Below, piece after piece: positions 37,638 through 49,870 of a stretch of DNA of 64,000 nucleotides. A model generated the notes under the pieces. It made no database searches, was not told the origin of the DNA, and worked only from the letters and a program-made list of their open reading frames with translations. This DNA comes from Squalus acanthias (taxonomy: Eukaryota). The translations under genes were made by a program, and so were the position numbers. The stretch's first letter is position 1. The number at the start of each line of letters is the position of its first letter. The DNA lies in contig CM059432.1 in assembly GCA_030390025.1 (NCBI GenBank), forward strand, positions 151,344,001-151,408,000. The letters are read 5' to 3'.

Positions 37638-40619
37638 TTTCAAATAAAGCTGTTGGACTATAACCTAAATAAAGGTAATTACAAAGGTATGAAGGCAGAT
37701 TTGGTTAAAGTGGACTGGGAAAATATATTACAGGTTAAGACTGTAGAAAAGCAGTGGCAAACATTTAAGGAGATATTTCATAACTCTCAGCAAAGATATA
37801 TTCCAGTGAGAAAGAAAGACTCTAAGAGATGGATGAACCATCCGTGGCTAACTAAGGAAGTAAAGGATGGTATCAAATTGAAAACAAAGGCATACAATGT
37901 TGCAAAGAAAAGTGGTAGGCCAGAGGATTGGGACATTTTTAAAAACCAGCAAAGGACGACTAAAAAAATGTTAAAGGGAGAGAAGATAACTTATGAGAGT
38001 AAGCTAGCAAGAAATATAAAAACAGATAGTCGACGGGTATATAAAAAGGAAGAGAGTAGCTAAAGTAAACATTGGTCCCCTAGAGGAAGAGTCTGGGTAA
38101 TTAATAATGGGAAACAGGGAAATGGCAGAGGCTTTGAACAAATATTTTGAATTGGTCTTCACGGTAGAAGTAACTAAAAGCGTCCCAATAATGGATAATC
38201 AAGGGGCTATTGGGGTGGGGGGAGAACTTAAAACAATCATTATCACTAGAGAGAAAGTACTAGGCAAACTAATGGGACTAAAGGTGGACAAGTCCCCTGG
38301 ACCCGATGGCCTGCATCCTAGGGTCTTAAAAGAGGTGGCTGCAGAGATAGTGGATGCATTGGTTGCAATATATCAAAATTCCCTGGATTCTGGAGAGGTC
38401 CCAGCGGATTGGAAAACCGCAAATGTAACGCCCCTATTTAAGAAAGGAAGGAGACAGAAACCAGGCAACTATAGACCAGTTAGCCTAACATCTGTCATTG
38501 GGAAAATGCTGGAGTCCATCATTAAGGAAGTGGTAGCAGGACATTTAGAAAATCATAATATAGTCAAGCAGAGTCAGCATGGTTTTATGAAAGGGAAATC
38601 ATGTTTGACAAATTTGCTGGAGTTCTTTGAGGATGTAACAAGTAGGGTGGATAAAGGAGAACCAGTTGATGTCGTGTATTTGGATTTCCAGAAGGCATTC
38701 AATAAGGTGCCACATAAAAGGTTACTACACAAGATAAGAGCTCACGGGGTTGGGAGTAATATATTAGCATGGATAGAGGATTGGCTAACTAACAGAAAAC
38801 AGAGAGTCGGGATAAATGGGTCATTTTCAGGTTGGCAAACTGTAACTAGTGGGGTGCCGCAGGGATTAGTGCTGGGGCCTCAACTATTTACAATCTATAT
38901 TAATGACTTGGATGAAGGGGCCGAGTGTAATGTAGCCAAATTTGCTGATGATACAAAGATAGGTGGGAAAGCAAATTGTGTGGAGGACGCAAAAAATCTC
39001 CAAAGGGATATAGATAGGCTAAGTGAGTGGGCAAAAATCTGGCAGATGGAGTATAATGTGGGAAAATGCAAGGTTATCCACTTTGGTAGGAAAAATAAAA
39101 AAGCAAATTATTATTTAAATGGGGAGAGATTACAAAATGTTGAGGTACAGAGGGATCTGGGGGTCCTTGTACATGAATCACAAAAAGTTAGCATGCAGGT
39201 ACAGCAAGTAATTAGGAAGGCAAATGGAATGTCGGCCTTTATTGCAAAGGGAATGGAGTATAAAAGTAGGGAAGTCCTGTTACAACTGTACAGGGCGTTG
39301 GTGAGACCACATCTGGAGTACTGCGTACAGTTTTGGTCTCCTTATTTAAGGAAGGATATACTTGCATTGGAGACAGTTCAGAGAAGGTTCACGAGGTTGA
39401 TTCCGGAGATGAAGGGGTTGTCTTATGAAGAAAGGTTGAGCAGGTTGGGCCTATACTCATTGGAGTTTAGAAGAATGAGAGGTGATCTTATTGAAACATA
39501 TAAGATTCTGAAGGGTTTGACAGGGTAGATGCAGAGAGGATGTTTCCCCTCATGGGGGAATCTAGAACCAGGGGGCATAATTTCAGAATAAGGGGGCACC
39601 CATTTAAAACGGAAATGAGGAATTTCTTCTCAGAGGGTCGTGAATCTTTGGAATTCTCTTCCCCAGAGGGCTGTGGCGGCTGGATCATTGAATATATTTA
39701 AGGTGGAGATAGACAGATTTTTGAACGATAAGGGAGTCAAGGGTTATGGGGAGCGGGCAGGGAAGTGAAGTTGAGGCCAAGATCAGATCAGCCATGATCT
39801 TATTGAATTTGGAGCAGGCTCGAGGGGCCGAATGACCTACTCCTGCTCCTACGTCTTATGTTCTTATGTTCTACGTCTTATGTAAGTTTGCTTTGTGGTG
39901 GCTTTTATTTCAGCATTGTAGCCAAGAGGACGCTGTGATGGTCAGTAACAGAGGGAAGGTAAGGTGTGGGACAAATGTTGAAAGGGGAATTGCGGTTTTG
40001 GTCCCTGGGACCACAGGCAGATGGGTCACATTGACAATAACTTGCGTTCTTAGGACGCCTGCCAGGCAGTAGTGCTCTGGGTCCTCTCCAAGTGGTGTCT
40101 CCTTTCCACTGGAAAAGTGATAAAGGTTTCTCCTGGCAAACACCGCCTCAGTCACTCGCCTTATATGGAAATAAACCTCAGACAGGCTTATCCATCCTCT
40201 GTGGTGGCCTGGAAGGATCCGTACAGATGCGTAATGTCATTGTGACTTTCATAGCCACAGGAAGAGCCATCCCAGTCCTTAACGCAGGCTGTAAGTCGTG
40301 CTACAGCAGATGGTATATCTGCAGTGAAGCAGAATCGACAAAGATCTCCTTAGATGTAACCAGATGGGAATGTTGTCTATAAATGCAGGCCACTGCGTAC
40401 TGATAAATACAGGCCACTGCGTACTGATGGGAGTCAGTCAACCTGACAAATTTCTCCCTTCATTACACTGTCCTCCCCAGCAAATTGATGCAGCCAAAGG
40501 GATGCTATCTAAAGCGATTCTCATCCTCCAACTACGATAGCTGCAACTCGTAACACAAGGCTGTAGAAAAGTCTGCTACCACTGCGACTAAATTCCCGTC
40601 CAACAGCCTAGCAATGATG

Positions 40620-40728
40620 CAAAAGCAAAATACTGCGGATGCAGGAAATCTGAAATAAAAACAGAAAATGCTGGAAATACTCAGCAGGTCAGGCAGCATC
40701 TGTGGAGAGAGAAACAGAGTTAACGTTT
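40620..40728 (-). mobile_element. Penelope-like terminal-repeat fragment (second family)
   Basis: Reverse complement matches the insert at 53866-53972 and is truncated at the aaacgtt hammerhead end. Confidence 0.65.
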
Positions 40729-40819
40729 AGCAGTGACAATGGGAACACATGAACTAGCCTGGCCGCTTCAGTCAACTGTATCCCTTTCTATGACAAGCTA
40801 CTCCTGACATTGTCTATCC

Positions 40820-41180
40820 TAGCGCTTCCTTGGTCTTCCTCAGCTTCTTGTTCCATCTACCTCTGTATGCGGGGCCATGAAAGGTATTCTGGCTGTTTCC
40901 ATTCTTGAAACATATCCAAACTATCACATTCGTATTTTTTAGATTTTCCATATAAGTTTTATTTCTTGTCCAAGCCATGTTCTTATTATATCATTCTTGA
41001 TTCTTTGCATCCTGGATACTCCCGGTATTCCTCGAAACCTGCTCATCTCTGCTGTCAGCATCTATTGCTCACCAACCTTTCTCACGTTCCAACACTCAGA
41101 TCCATATAATAATATGGGGATAACCATCGCTTCGTAAACTCTTACTTTCGTTGCTCAGGAAAACCTGGCCTTGCAAAATA
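40820..41180 (-). mobile_element. Degraded RTE-like RT C-terminal fragment
   Basis: Minus strand reads about RVYEAMVIPILLYGSECWNVRK; ggaagacca (GRP) motif near 40832. Confidence 0.55.
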
Positions 41181-41514
41181 AAGGTTTTAGCAAAAATGCA
41201 GAAATGCACTGGCCAAACAAGCAATGCAAGAAGTCAAATACAGTAAACGCTCCCTGTCAAAAGAAGCATCAGTTCCTCGCAAACGGTCACAACAAAATCC
41301 CTGCTTTAATGATTAGGCTAAAGCAGGTGAGATCCTTTGAGCTGTCATGCTTAATCTATAGGCTGGAGGCTCATCAATGCTGTTTAAATTTCGTGTGGCA
41401 CCTGATTAATGATTACATCTAAATGAAGCTTCCGCCTGATGTGCATCTCAGTTGTGTCCTCAAAATCAGCCATCAGATAACTTGGCGCACAGCAAATTGA
41501 GTATAAAGAAAAAC

Positions 41515-41955
41515 TTGAAAGACTTGCATTTATATAGCGCCTTTCACGACCACCGGACGTCTCAAAGCGCTTTACAGCCAATGAAGTACTTTTGAAGTTG
41601 AGACACTGTTGCAATGTGGGAAACGCGGCAGCCAATTTGCGCACAGCAAGCTCCCACAAACAGCAATGTGATAATGAACAGATAATCTGTTTTTAGTGAT
41701 GTTGATTGAGGGATAAATATTGGCCCCAGGACACCGGGGAGAACTCCTCTGCTCTTCTTCGAAATAGTGCCATGGGATCTTTTATGTCCACCTGAACATC
41801 TCATCCAAAAGACGGCACCTCCGACAGTGCAGCACTCCCTCAGTACTGCACTGGAGTCTCAGCCTAGATTTTTGTGCTGAAGTCTCTGGAGTGGGACTTG
41901 AACACACAGCCTTCTGACTCAAAGGCAAGAGTACTACCCACTGAGTCACAGCTGA
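41515..41955 (-). mobile_element. Deu-domain SINE (SacSINE1-like)
   Basis: tRNA-like head (ctcagtgggtag...gttcaagtccc), core gtgcagtactgagggagtgctgcactgtcggaggtgccgtc, and tail aggcgctatataaatgcaagtc. Confidence 0.85.
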
Positions 41956-42033
41956 CAAGGTCACACGCTCGATTCCAAGGCCTGCACTCCTCCACCAGTG
42001 AGGCTCCATTCTGTCAGCCTTGCAAAAGTCCTT

Positions 42034-42928
42034 GGGGGGAAAAATTCGGTTGGTTTGCGCCTCCGGTTAGCGCCTTAAGAGGGCGCTAATGGGGTGCAAA
42101 GCAACTAGCGCCCGGGCGCGGCGATGTTTGCGCCGCTCGCGAAATTGACCAGACATTTTGCAGCAGCGCTAAACACTACCGCCACAATCTCCTGCGCCCG
42201 CAGATCGTGACGTCAGTCGAGCATGCGCAACGCCCCGGTAGCACCCTGGACCGGATATTGAGTGGCGTCCCCTGCCTTACCGCCTGCCGCTAGCAACGCT
42301 AGGTTGAGGGGAGCGTTTTGCAGTCGGGAAGGGACTGGGGGAGCGCTATTTAAAGGCGACCGCTTCCTGCCTTTTTTTGTCGGCGACATTTTTGCACCAC
42401 GCATTCTGAGAGAGAGAGAGGGACTTCTGGAGAGATTCAACGCTGTGTGAAGGAGTTTTGGGTACTGAGCAGCACTTTGCAGGTTCATTTTGATTTGACC
42501 TTCCTTGCATCGATTTAGAAGAGACTGTGGGGGCTGCACTCTGAGCTCCTTCCCTGGGCCTCTCCATTGTTCTTTCCAGCAGATTTGATGTACAGGTCTC
42601 TCCAGGCCAAGATTCAAGGCTGCAATGAGCATGGTGTGGATGGAGAGCAAGATCGACCCTCCCCTTTAAGAACTGTCCGGTGCCATTGTGTCTGTGTTCC
42701 ATTGCTGACTGACATCACATGAGCTTCGTCAGCGCTCTGAGGTAGCGCCTCGCTCCTCGGCGTTAGCGTCTTAAGAGAGGTGTGCAGTGCCTGATTTAGC
42801 GCTCCAATCACCTCCAGGGCAATAGAAGCCAAGTTTGCAGTCGGCGGCGATAATTAGCGCCAGGCGCTAAACTTTGCGCCCGGTCGATAATTGCGCCCCA
42901 AACGGGGCGATACCGAATTTCTCCCCCC
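42034..42928. mobile_element. Non-autonomous Harbinger-like element
   Basis: TIRs ggggggaaaaattcggt / accgaatttctcccccc (16/17 match); repeated subterminal tagcgcc/ggcgcta. Confidence 0.85.
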
Positions 42929-42992
42929 TTCTGTGCAATAAAATTGTGTGCCTGTTTACATTTTGTTACACACAGCAAAGAGAAGAAATCCC

Positions 42993-43618
42993 GGGGTATA
43001 TTTTCATCTGGGCCAGTTTTGGGGCCCAAACTTGCCGATGCCGAGAAGCCTGAGGATCGCCAGGAATCAGTCCCCGGGCCTCACCTACGTATTCGGGGAG
43101 AGCTGATGCCAATCATGCCGCCACAAGCAAGTCGTCCGGTGAGAAAAATTAATTTCGGGCCCCCTGCCTCACCTGTAGCCACCCTGAGGTGAGATCCGAG
43201 GGGGGGATTGGAGTGGACAATGGTGGGGAGTGGTAATCGTGAGGACTGTGAAGTCAGGGGAGCATTCCTCCTCCTGACTCTACAGAGAGCTTTTATTTAA
43301 AAAATATATAAGCAAACTTACCTTTAGTTGGCAGCCATAGAGTCCGTTGAAGAATCGTGAACAGGTCAGGCCCGACTCCTGGCCCAATATTGCAGAGGGA
43401 TCCTTCATCGGGCGATAGGCTCCTACTTAACATATTCAAGGAGTCAATGCCTGTTCTAGGTGGCTGTCCAGAACGACTAAAAATGTGCCCGACGAATTTA
43501 GCCATGAGCCCAATGCCTACACAGATTGGGTGCAGGCCATCGCACAGCTAAACTGGTCTGCTTTGCACCCATTCAACACTCAAAAAACAGGCACAACGCA
43601 TACCAATTTCTAACGCCT
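42993..43618. mobile_element. Probable Harbinger-like MITE
   Basis: Ends ggggtatattttc...aatttctaacgcc around a GC-rich interior; TIRs degenerate. Confidence 0.5.
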
Positions 43619-43967
43619 CTCCTTCCCCGCGATTACCGAGTGATCTGCACATATTGTATCGCAAAGCAAGACAGAGGCCGGGGCAGAAATAGTCTAGAAC
43701 TCAACCAAATCTGGAAAACAAAAGTCTAAACAAAAGTTTACACGGTTTTAAAAGCTAGAACATTGTAAGAGCAACAAAAAAGATCCTGAGAAAGAATGAA
43801 CTGAGGTAGGAGAAGTGAGAAGTGCAATGAGTCTTGATTTAAGCACAGTGAACATGGAGAGAGGAGGAAGCAGTTGGAAGACAGAGTGCTTGAAGCACTG
43901 AGTGGACAGTTCAGAGGAACGCTGGCTAATAAAATAGATTAAGGAGAGACACATTGGAGGCGCCTTT

Positions 43968-44082
43968 CCTGTCCGAGTGTGTAAGCGAGGTGTTAGAAGG
44001 GACCCCTGTCCAAGTGTGTAAGCGAGGTGTTAGAAGGGCCTCCCTGTCCGAGTGTGTAAGCGAGGTGTTAGAAGGGCCTCCC
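43968..44082 (+). repeat. Three tandem copies of a ~38-bp unit
   Basis: cctgtcc(g/a)agtgtgtaagcgaggtgttagaaggg x3. Confidence 0.9.
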
Positions 44083-44569
44083 CAGATATGGCAGCAGGAT
44101 TCAGGCATGGTTGGATTTGGGCTGAATACAGCAACTAGTTTTCAAACTGGACGGACGGACGAACAGACAGATAGACAGAGACAGGATTGATAGATTCGAT
44201 AGATGAGTAGGTGGATGATAGTACATCTCCCGTCACATGCTTCAATGCAAGCTGAAGAAAATAGTTGAAGAAAATGGAAGTTTTGGTGATGACAGGAAGC
44301 GAGAGGATTAATGAGTTACTTTGTGTCGCCTGATGGCATCTACTCAGTTGCAAATAATTAATTACTTCATGCTTGTGCTCCCTCCCCCAGAGTCCTAATG
44401 CATGTATTCAAAGCCCGTTTATTTAATTAATTATTAAGCAGCTGCTGGTGTACTCCCTCCAACGTGCCTCTGGGTGCATTGAGGGCAAATTTAGTCAATT
44501 AATTAATTCAGGGCTGGCTGGATGGTGCTTAAGCCCGACAGTATATACTGAGGACTGTAAGGCATGGAA

Positions 44570-44810
44570 CTGTAGTGGTTATGGTACTAGACTAGCAATA
44601 CAGAGCTTATGAGTTCATGATCCCACCATAACAATTTATGAAACTGAATTCAATAAACCTGATCATTTGGGGGTTGGTACCAGAGGAAAAGAAAGTGACC
44701 ATAAAAGCTGTTGGATTGTTATAAAAATCCAACTGGGTTACTGATGTCCTTCAGTGGAGCGAACCTGCCACCCTTTCTTAGTCTGGTCCAGCACTATGTG
44801 GTTGACTCTT
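44570..44810 (+). mobile_element. Degraded tRNA-headed SINE, same family as 63050-63237
   Basis: gtagtggttatggtactagactag...tcccacca...gtgaccat...gttggattgttataaaaa. Confidence 0.55.
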
Positions 44811-45070
44811 AGGCCGAGATTCTCCTTACCTCAGCGGGTCTGGTGCGGCCGGGGTCGGTGGCGGGACACGGCCCCCGCTGTTGGCTCCATCCCGCTCTGG
44901 AAAATGAATTTCCATTACTAGGGCTTGTTAAGCCCGCCCAGCACGTTTCCCGGTCCAATTAGAGGAAGCGGGTCTGGTGACGTCATTTGATGATGCGTCA
45001 TCAGCCAGTTTCCTCAAAGGGACCACGGCCAACTTTCTTTTGACATTTGTGCTGTCAGTGTTCTACAGCA

Positions 45071-45301
45071 TCCAAGTCACACACCATCCTGACTTGGAAA
45101 TATATCGCCGATTCTTCATTGTCGCTGGGTCAAAATCCTGGAACTCCCTCCCTAACAGCACTGTGGGAGTACCTTCACCACACGGACTGCATCGGTTCAA
45201 GAAGGCGGCTCACCGCCACCTTCTCAAGGGCAATTAGGGATGGGCAATAAATGCTGGCCTTGCCAGCAACGCCCACATCCCATAAAAACGAATTTAAAAA
45301 A
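45071..45301 (+). mobile_element. 3' end of a second non-LTR family (ORF ends ...WNSLP...FKKAAHRHLLKGN*)
   Basis: The same tail recurs at 51996-52152, 60660-61015 (-) and 63236-63360. Confidence 0.85.
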
Positions 45302-45361
45302 GTGCTGCAAACACTGACAATCACTGCACTGAGGTGCAGGGCTGCACCCAGGCTCTCCCAT

Positions 45362-48320
45362 GAGTCATAGAGTTATACAGCACAGAAAGAGGCCCTTCGG
45401 CCCATCGTGTCTGCGCCGGCCATCAAGCCCTGTCTATTCTAATCCCATTTTCCAGCACTTGGTCCGTAGCCTTGTATGCTATGGTGTTTCAAGTGCTCAT
45501 CTAAATGCTTCTTCAATGTTGTGAGGGTTCCTGCCTCTATCACCCTTTCAGGCAGTGAGTTCCAGATTCCAACCACCCTCTGGGTGAAAAAGTTTTTCCT
45601 CAAATCCCCTCTAAACCTCCTGCCCCTTACCTTGAAACTATGCCCCCTGGTTATTGACCCCTCTACTAAGGGGAAAAGTTCCTTTCTATCTACCCTATCT
45701 ATGCCCCTCATAATTTTGTATACCTCAATCAGGTCCCCCCTCAGCCTTCCCTGCTCTAAGGAAAACAACCCCAGCCTGTCCAGTCTCTCTTCATAGCTGA
45801 AGCGCTGCAGCCCAGGTAACATCCTGGTGAATCTCCTCTGCAGCCTCTCCAATGCAATCACATCCCTCCTACAGTGTGGCGACCAGAACTGCACACAGTA
45901 TTCCAGCTGTGGCCTAACTAGCGTTTTGTACAGCTCCATCGTAACCTCCCTGCTCTTATATTTTATGCCTCGGCTAATGAAGGCAAGTATCCCATATGCC
46001 TTTTTAACCACCTTATCTACCTGTCCTGCTGCCTTCAGGGATCTATGTACATGCACACCAAGGTCCCTCTGATCCTCTGTCCTTCCTAGGGTCCTACCAT
46101 TCATTGTGTATTCCCTTGCCTTGTTAGTCCTCCCAAAATGCATCACTTCACACTTTTCAGGGTTAAATTCCATTTGCCACTGTTCTGCCCATCTGACCAA
46201 CCCGTCTATATCGTCCTGTAGCCTGAGGCTTCCCTCCTCGCTATTTACCACTCCACCAATTTTCGTGTCATCTGCGAACTTACTGATCATACCTCCTACA
46301 TTCATATCTAAATCATTAATGTACACTACAAACAGCAAGGGACCCAGCACCGATCCCTGCAGTACACCACTGGACACAGGCTTCCAGTCACAAAAACAAC
46401 CTTCGACCATCACCCTCTGCCTCCTGCCACTAAGCCAATTTTGGATCCAATGTGCCAAATTTCCCTGGGTCCCATGGGCTCTTACCTTCTTGACCAGTCT
46501 CCCATGCAGGACTTTGTCAAAAGCCTTACTGAAGTCCATGTAGACTACATCAACTGCACTACCCTCATCTACACACCTAGTCACCCCCTCGAAAAATTCA
46601 ATCAAATTGGTCAGACATGATCTCCCCCTGACAAAGCCATGCTGACTATCCTTGATTAATCCTTGGCTCTCCAAGTGGAAACTAACTCTGTCCCTCAGAA
46701 TTTTTTCCAATAATTTCCCTACCACTGATGTTAGGCTCACTGGCCTGTAATTCCCTGGTTTATCCCTACTACCCTTCTTGAATAATGGTACTATGTTAGC
46801 TGTTCTCCAGTCCTCTGGCACCTCCCCTGTGGTCATGATGCGGAGATGCCGGTGGAAAGCTTGTGATTTCAAATAAAACTGTTGGACTATAACCTGGTGT
46901 TGTGCGACCTCCCCTGTGGCCAGAGAGGTTCTGAAAATTTGTGTCAGAACCCCTGCAATCTCCTCCCTTGCCTCACACAGCAGCCTGGGATACATCTCGT
47001 CTGGGCCTGGGGATTTATCCACTTTTAAGCCTGCTAAAACCGCTAGTACCTCCTCCCTCTCAATACTAATTTGTTCAAGTATATCACAATCTCCCTGCCT
47101 GATTTCTATGCCTACATCATCCTTCTCTATAGTGAACACAGATGCAAAATATTCATTTAAAACCTCACCTACATCTTCCGGCTCTACACACAGATTGCCA
47201 CTTTGGTTCCTAATGGGCCCCACTCTTTCCCTGGTTATCCTCTTGCCCTTAATATACTTATAAAACACCTTGGGATTTTCCTTTATGTTGCCCGCCAGTG
47301 TTTTTTCATGCCCCCTCTTCGCTCTCCTAATTTATTTTTTAAGTACCCCCCTGCACTTTCTATATTCCTCTAGGGCTTCCACTGTTTTTAGTCCTTTGTA
47401 TCTGCCAAAAGCCTCCTTTTTTTTCCTAATCCATTCTTGTATATCCCTTGACATCCAGGGTTCCCTGGGCTTGTTGGTCCCACCCTTGACCTTTATGGGA
47501 ACATGTTGGCGTTGTACTCTCTCTATTTCCTTTCTGAAAGACTCCCACTGCTCTGATGTGGATTTTCCTACAAGTAGCTGATCCCAGTCCACTTTGGCCA
47601 GATCCTGCCTTAATCATATTAAAATCGGCCTTCCCCCAATTTAGAACCTTTATTTCCAGTCCATCTTTGTCCTTTTCCATGACTACCTTAAATCTCACCG
47701 AATTATGGTCACTGTCACCAAAATGCTCTCCTACTGACACATCTACCACTTGCCTGGCTACATTCCCTAGAATTAGGTCCAGTACCGCTGCCTCTCTTGC
47801 AGGACTTTCTACAAGCTGGCTCAAAAAGCTCTCCTGGATGCACTTTAAGAATTCCGCACCCTCTAAGCCTTTCACACTCTGACTATCCCAGTTAATATTG
47901 GGGAAGTTGAAATCCCCTACTATTATTACCCTATTATTTCTACACTTCTCTGAGATTTGCCTACATATCTGTTCCTCTATCTCCCCCTGACTGTTTGGGG
48001 GCCTATAGTACACTCCCAGCAAAGTGCTTGCCCCCTTTTTGTTTTTGAGTTCTACCCATATGGCCTCATTAGCGGAACCTGCTAAGATATCATTCCTCCT
48101 TACAGCAGCAATTGACTCCTTGATTAATATTGCGACACCCCCTCCTCTTTTACACCCCTCTCTGTCTCGCCTGAAGATTCTATACCCCGGAATATTGAGC
48201 TGCCAGTCCTGCCCCTCCCTCAACCATGTCTCTGTGATAGCAACAATATCATACTCCCATTTGTTCATCAACACCTTCAATTCATCTGCCTTACTCGCAA
48301 GACTCCTTGCATTAAAATAA
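45362..48320 (-). mobile_element. CR1 LINE ORF2 (EN + RT, frameshifted)
   Basis: ORFs 47426-48280, 47332-47592 and 45439-47268; tail at 45362-45430. Confidence 0.95.
46833..46906. mobile_element. 74-bp Penelope-like insert with a 13-bp TSD
   Basis: acctcccctgtgg at 46820-46832 and 46907-46919. Shares gaaagcttgtgatttcaaataaa..tgttggactataacct with 37626-37666. Confidence 0.85.
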
Positions 48321-49401
48321 TATGCTTATGGAGGGAGTCAGAGCACGCAGAGAGGTCCTATTCCCTTCCAATGGGCAGAAGAGACCTCCCCAGGACACCA
48401 ACACAGCCTGGCTGCACATTGCAGAGGAGGGCACAAACAGGGATGTCGTCAGGAGGACCTGGGTACAGTGGCGCAAACCTTTTAATTATCTCATTAGATC
48501 ACGAAATGTTAGTACAAAGCCACACTCACCTTCATCCTGCTGTGCCTCTCATCACATCCCCACCACTCTGCCTTCCCTACCCTACTCCTGCACATCCTAC
48601 CCTATGTCAAACGTTGAAACCTTTATTTTCAACACTTTGTGTTCTTGGACAGATTTGTGTGCACCTTTGGAAGTGGCTTAGTGAATTGCAGTGAATGGTG
48701 AGACATAACGGTACGCCCCGCAATGGTGATGTGTGTGAAAGGAATGGCTTGGGCATTGTAGGGATGCTTTATGGTGTTGGTGTGGGATGGTGCCAACCTG
48801 GCGCATCATGTGGCAGCCAGGGTCGTCCTCCTCCTCGTCCTCTTCCTCCTCGTCCTCCTCTGCCTCGTCGTCCTCCTGAGGTAATCCTGCAATCCCGCAG
48901 CCCCGAAGTGTTGTGAGCAGAAGCCTTTAACAAATAATGAGTGACTTCTGCCCTTGAATCAACACTCCCTGTCACCAAAAAAACTTGAAATAACTAAAGG
49001 AAGCAGTTTCAGTTGCAGGAAGTAGCAAACAGGCACTGAAACTGCAGAACCCTGTCAGGTCCAGCTGATTGGGAACGGTGCCTTTAAACATCGCTGCTGC
49101 AGCCTGCTTCCTGTTTGTAGATGCCAGCTCTCCCTGTCGTTGTTCTGCGCTGCCATTAAGGTAAGTGGCTAAATCCAATGTTGGAGAGCGGGCGTCCAGT
49201 GAGCGCTTCACACTCACTGACGTCATGATCTCCATCATGGTGAGCTCCCTGGCGATCAAGGTTACCGGCAGCGCTACAGGCACCACCGATATGGTGGCGG
49301 CGCTGGAACCGGCATCATCTGTCGTTACAGCTGTTAACGACATTTCAGCGCCATCTCCTGGTGCTAACGCAAGCCGCACGAATTTCTACCCCATTGGTTT
49401 T

Positions 49402-49870
49402 AGCGGTGGAGAGAAGGCGGGCGGTCCTGTACCTGCCAACTGGCAGGAGGCCCTCGCCACAAGTCTGCCGGACTATGTGGAGGGAGGTGGCACACCACGT
49501 CTCGGGCAGCACTGTGGTCCCCAGGACCCACACCCAGTGCAGGAATAAGTTTAATGACCTCACCCGAGTGGTCAGGGTGAGTGGAGGCTTCAACAAATGC
49601 CACATACCAGTCTGGAAATGACGGTGCCCTCCCAGAGAGACCGCGGCGATTCAGACGTGACGGCGCGCATGATGAGCGATGTCGCAGCTTCCATTGCAAC
49701 ACAGGCGGAAGCGACCCAATGCCTTAGTGCTGCAGCGGAAGCTCAGACTGCTGTCACGCAGTCTCTGCTTGGTGGTGTCCAAGCTCTGACTGCTCTGTGC
49801 TCCAACAGATTGCTAGGAATGCTGAGGCACCACCCCGGGGGAGTGGCAGTGGGTCTGTGGAGAGGAGGAA
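49402..49870 (+). pseudogene. Harbinger Myb/SANT-like gene fragments (family of the element at 1627)
   Basis: AVERRRAVLY...MWREVAHHVS...RTHTQCRNKFNDLTRVVR followed by donor gtgagt; 49610-49860 is homologous to 2530-2835. Confidence 0.8.

Larger units (their letters stand above)
37495..37661. mobile_element. Penelope-like element terminal-repeat fragment arranged as an inverted duplication
   Basis: Flanked by aacctaa (37488-37494 and 37662-37668); contains the palindrome with two hammerhead motifs. Confidence 0.8.
36485..39882 (+). mobile_element. CR1 LINE ORF2 (EN + RT) with tail, interrupted by a SINE and a Penelope-like insert
   Basis: ORFs 36541-, 37233-, 37653- and 38107-39528; CR1 tail at 39780-39880. 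Confidence 0.93.
44812..49392 (+). mobile_element. Harbinger remnant (possibly composite) whose Myb/SANT exon is split by a CR1
   Basis: RAAPRLSH (about 45337-45361) continues at 48322 as MLMEGVRARREVLFP...WLHIAEE...RTWVQWRKPFNYL. The right part is homologous to 3345-3700 and ends gaatttctacccc. Confidence 0.75.
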
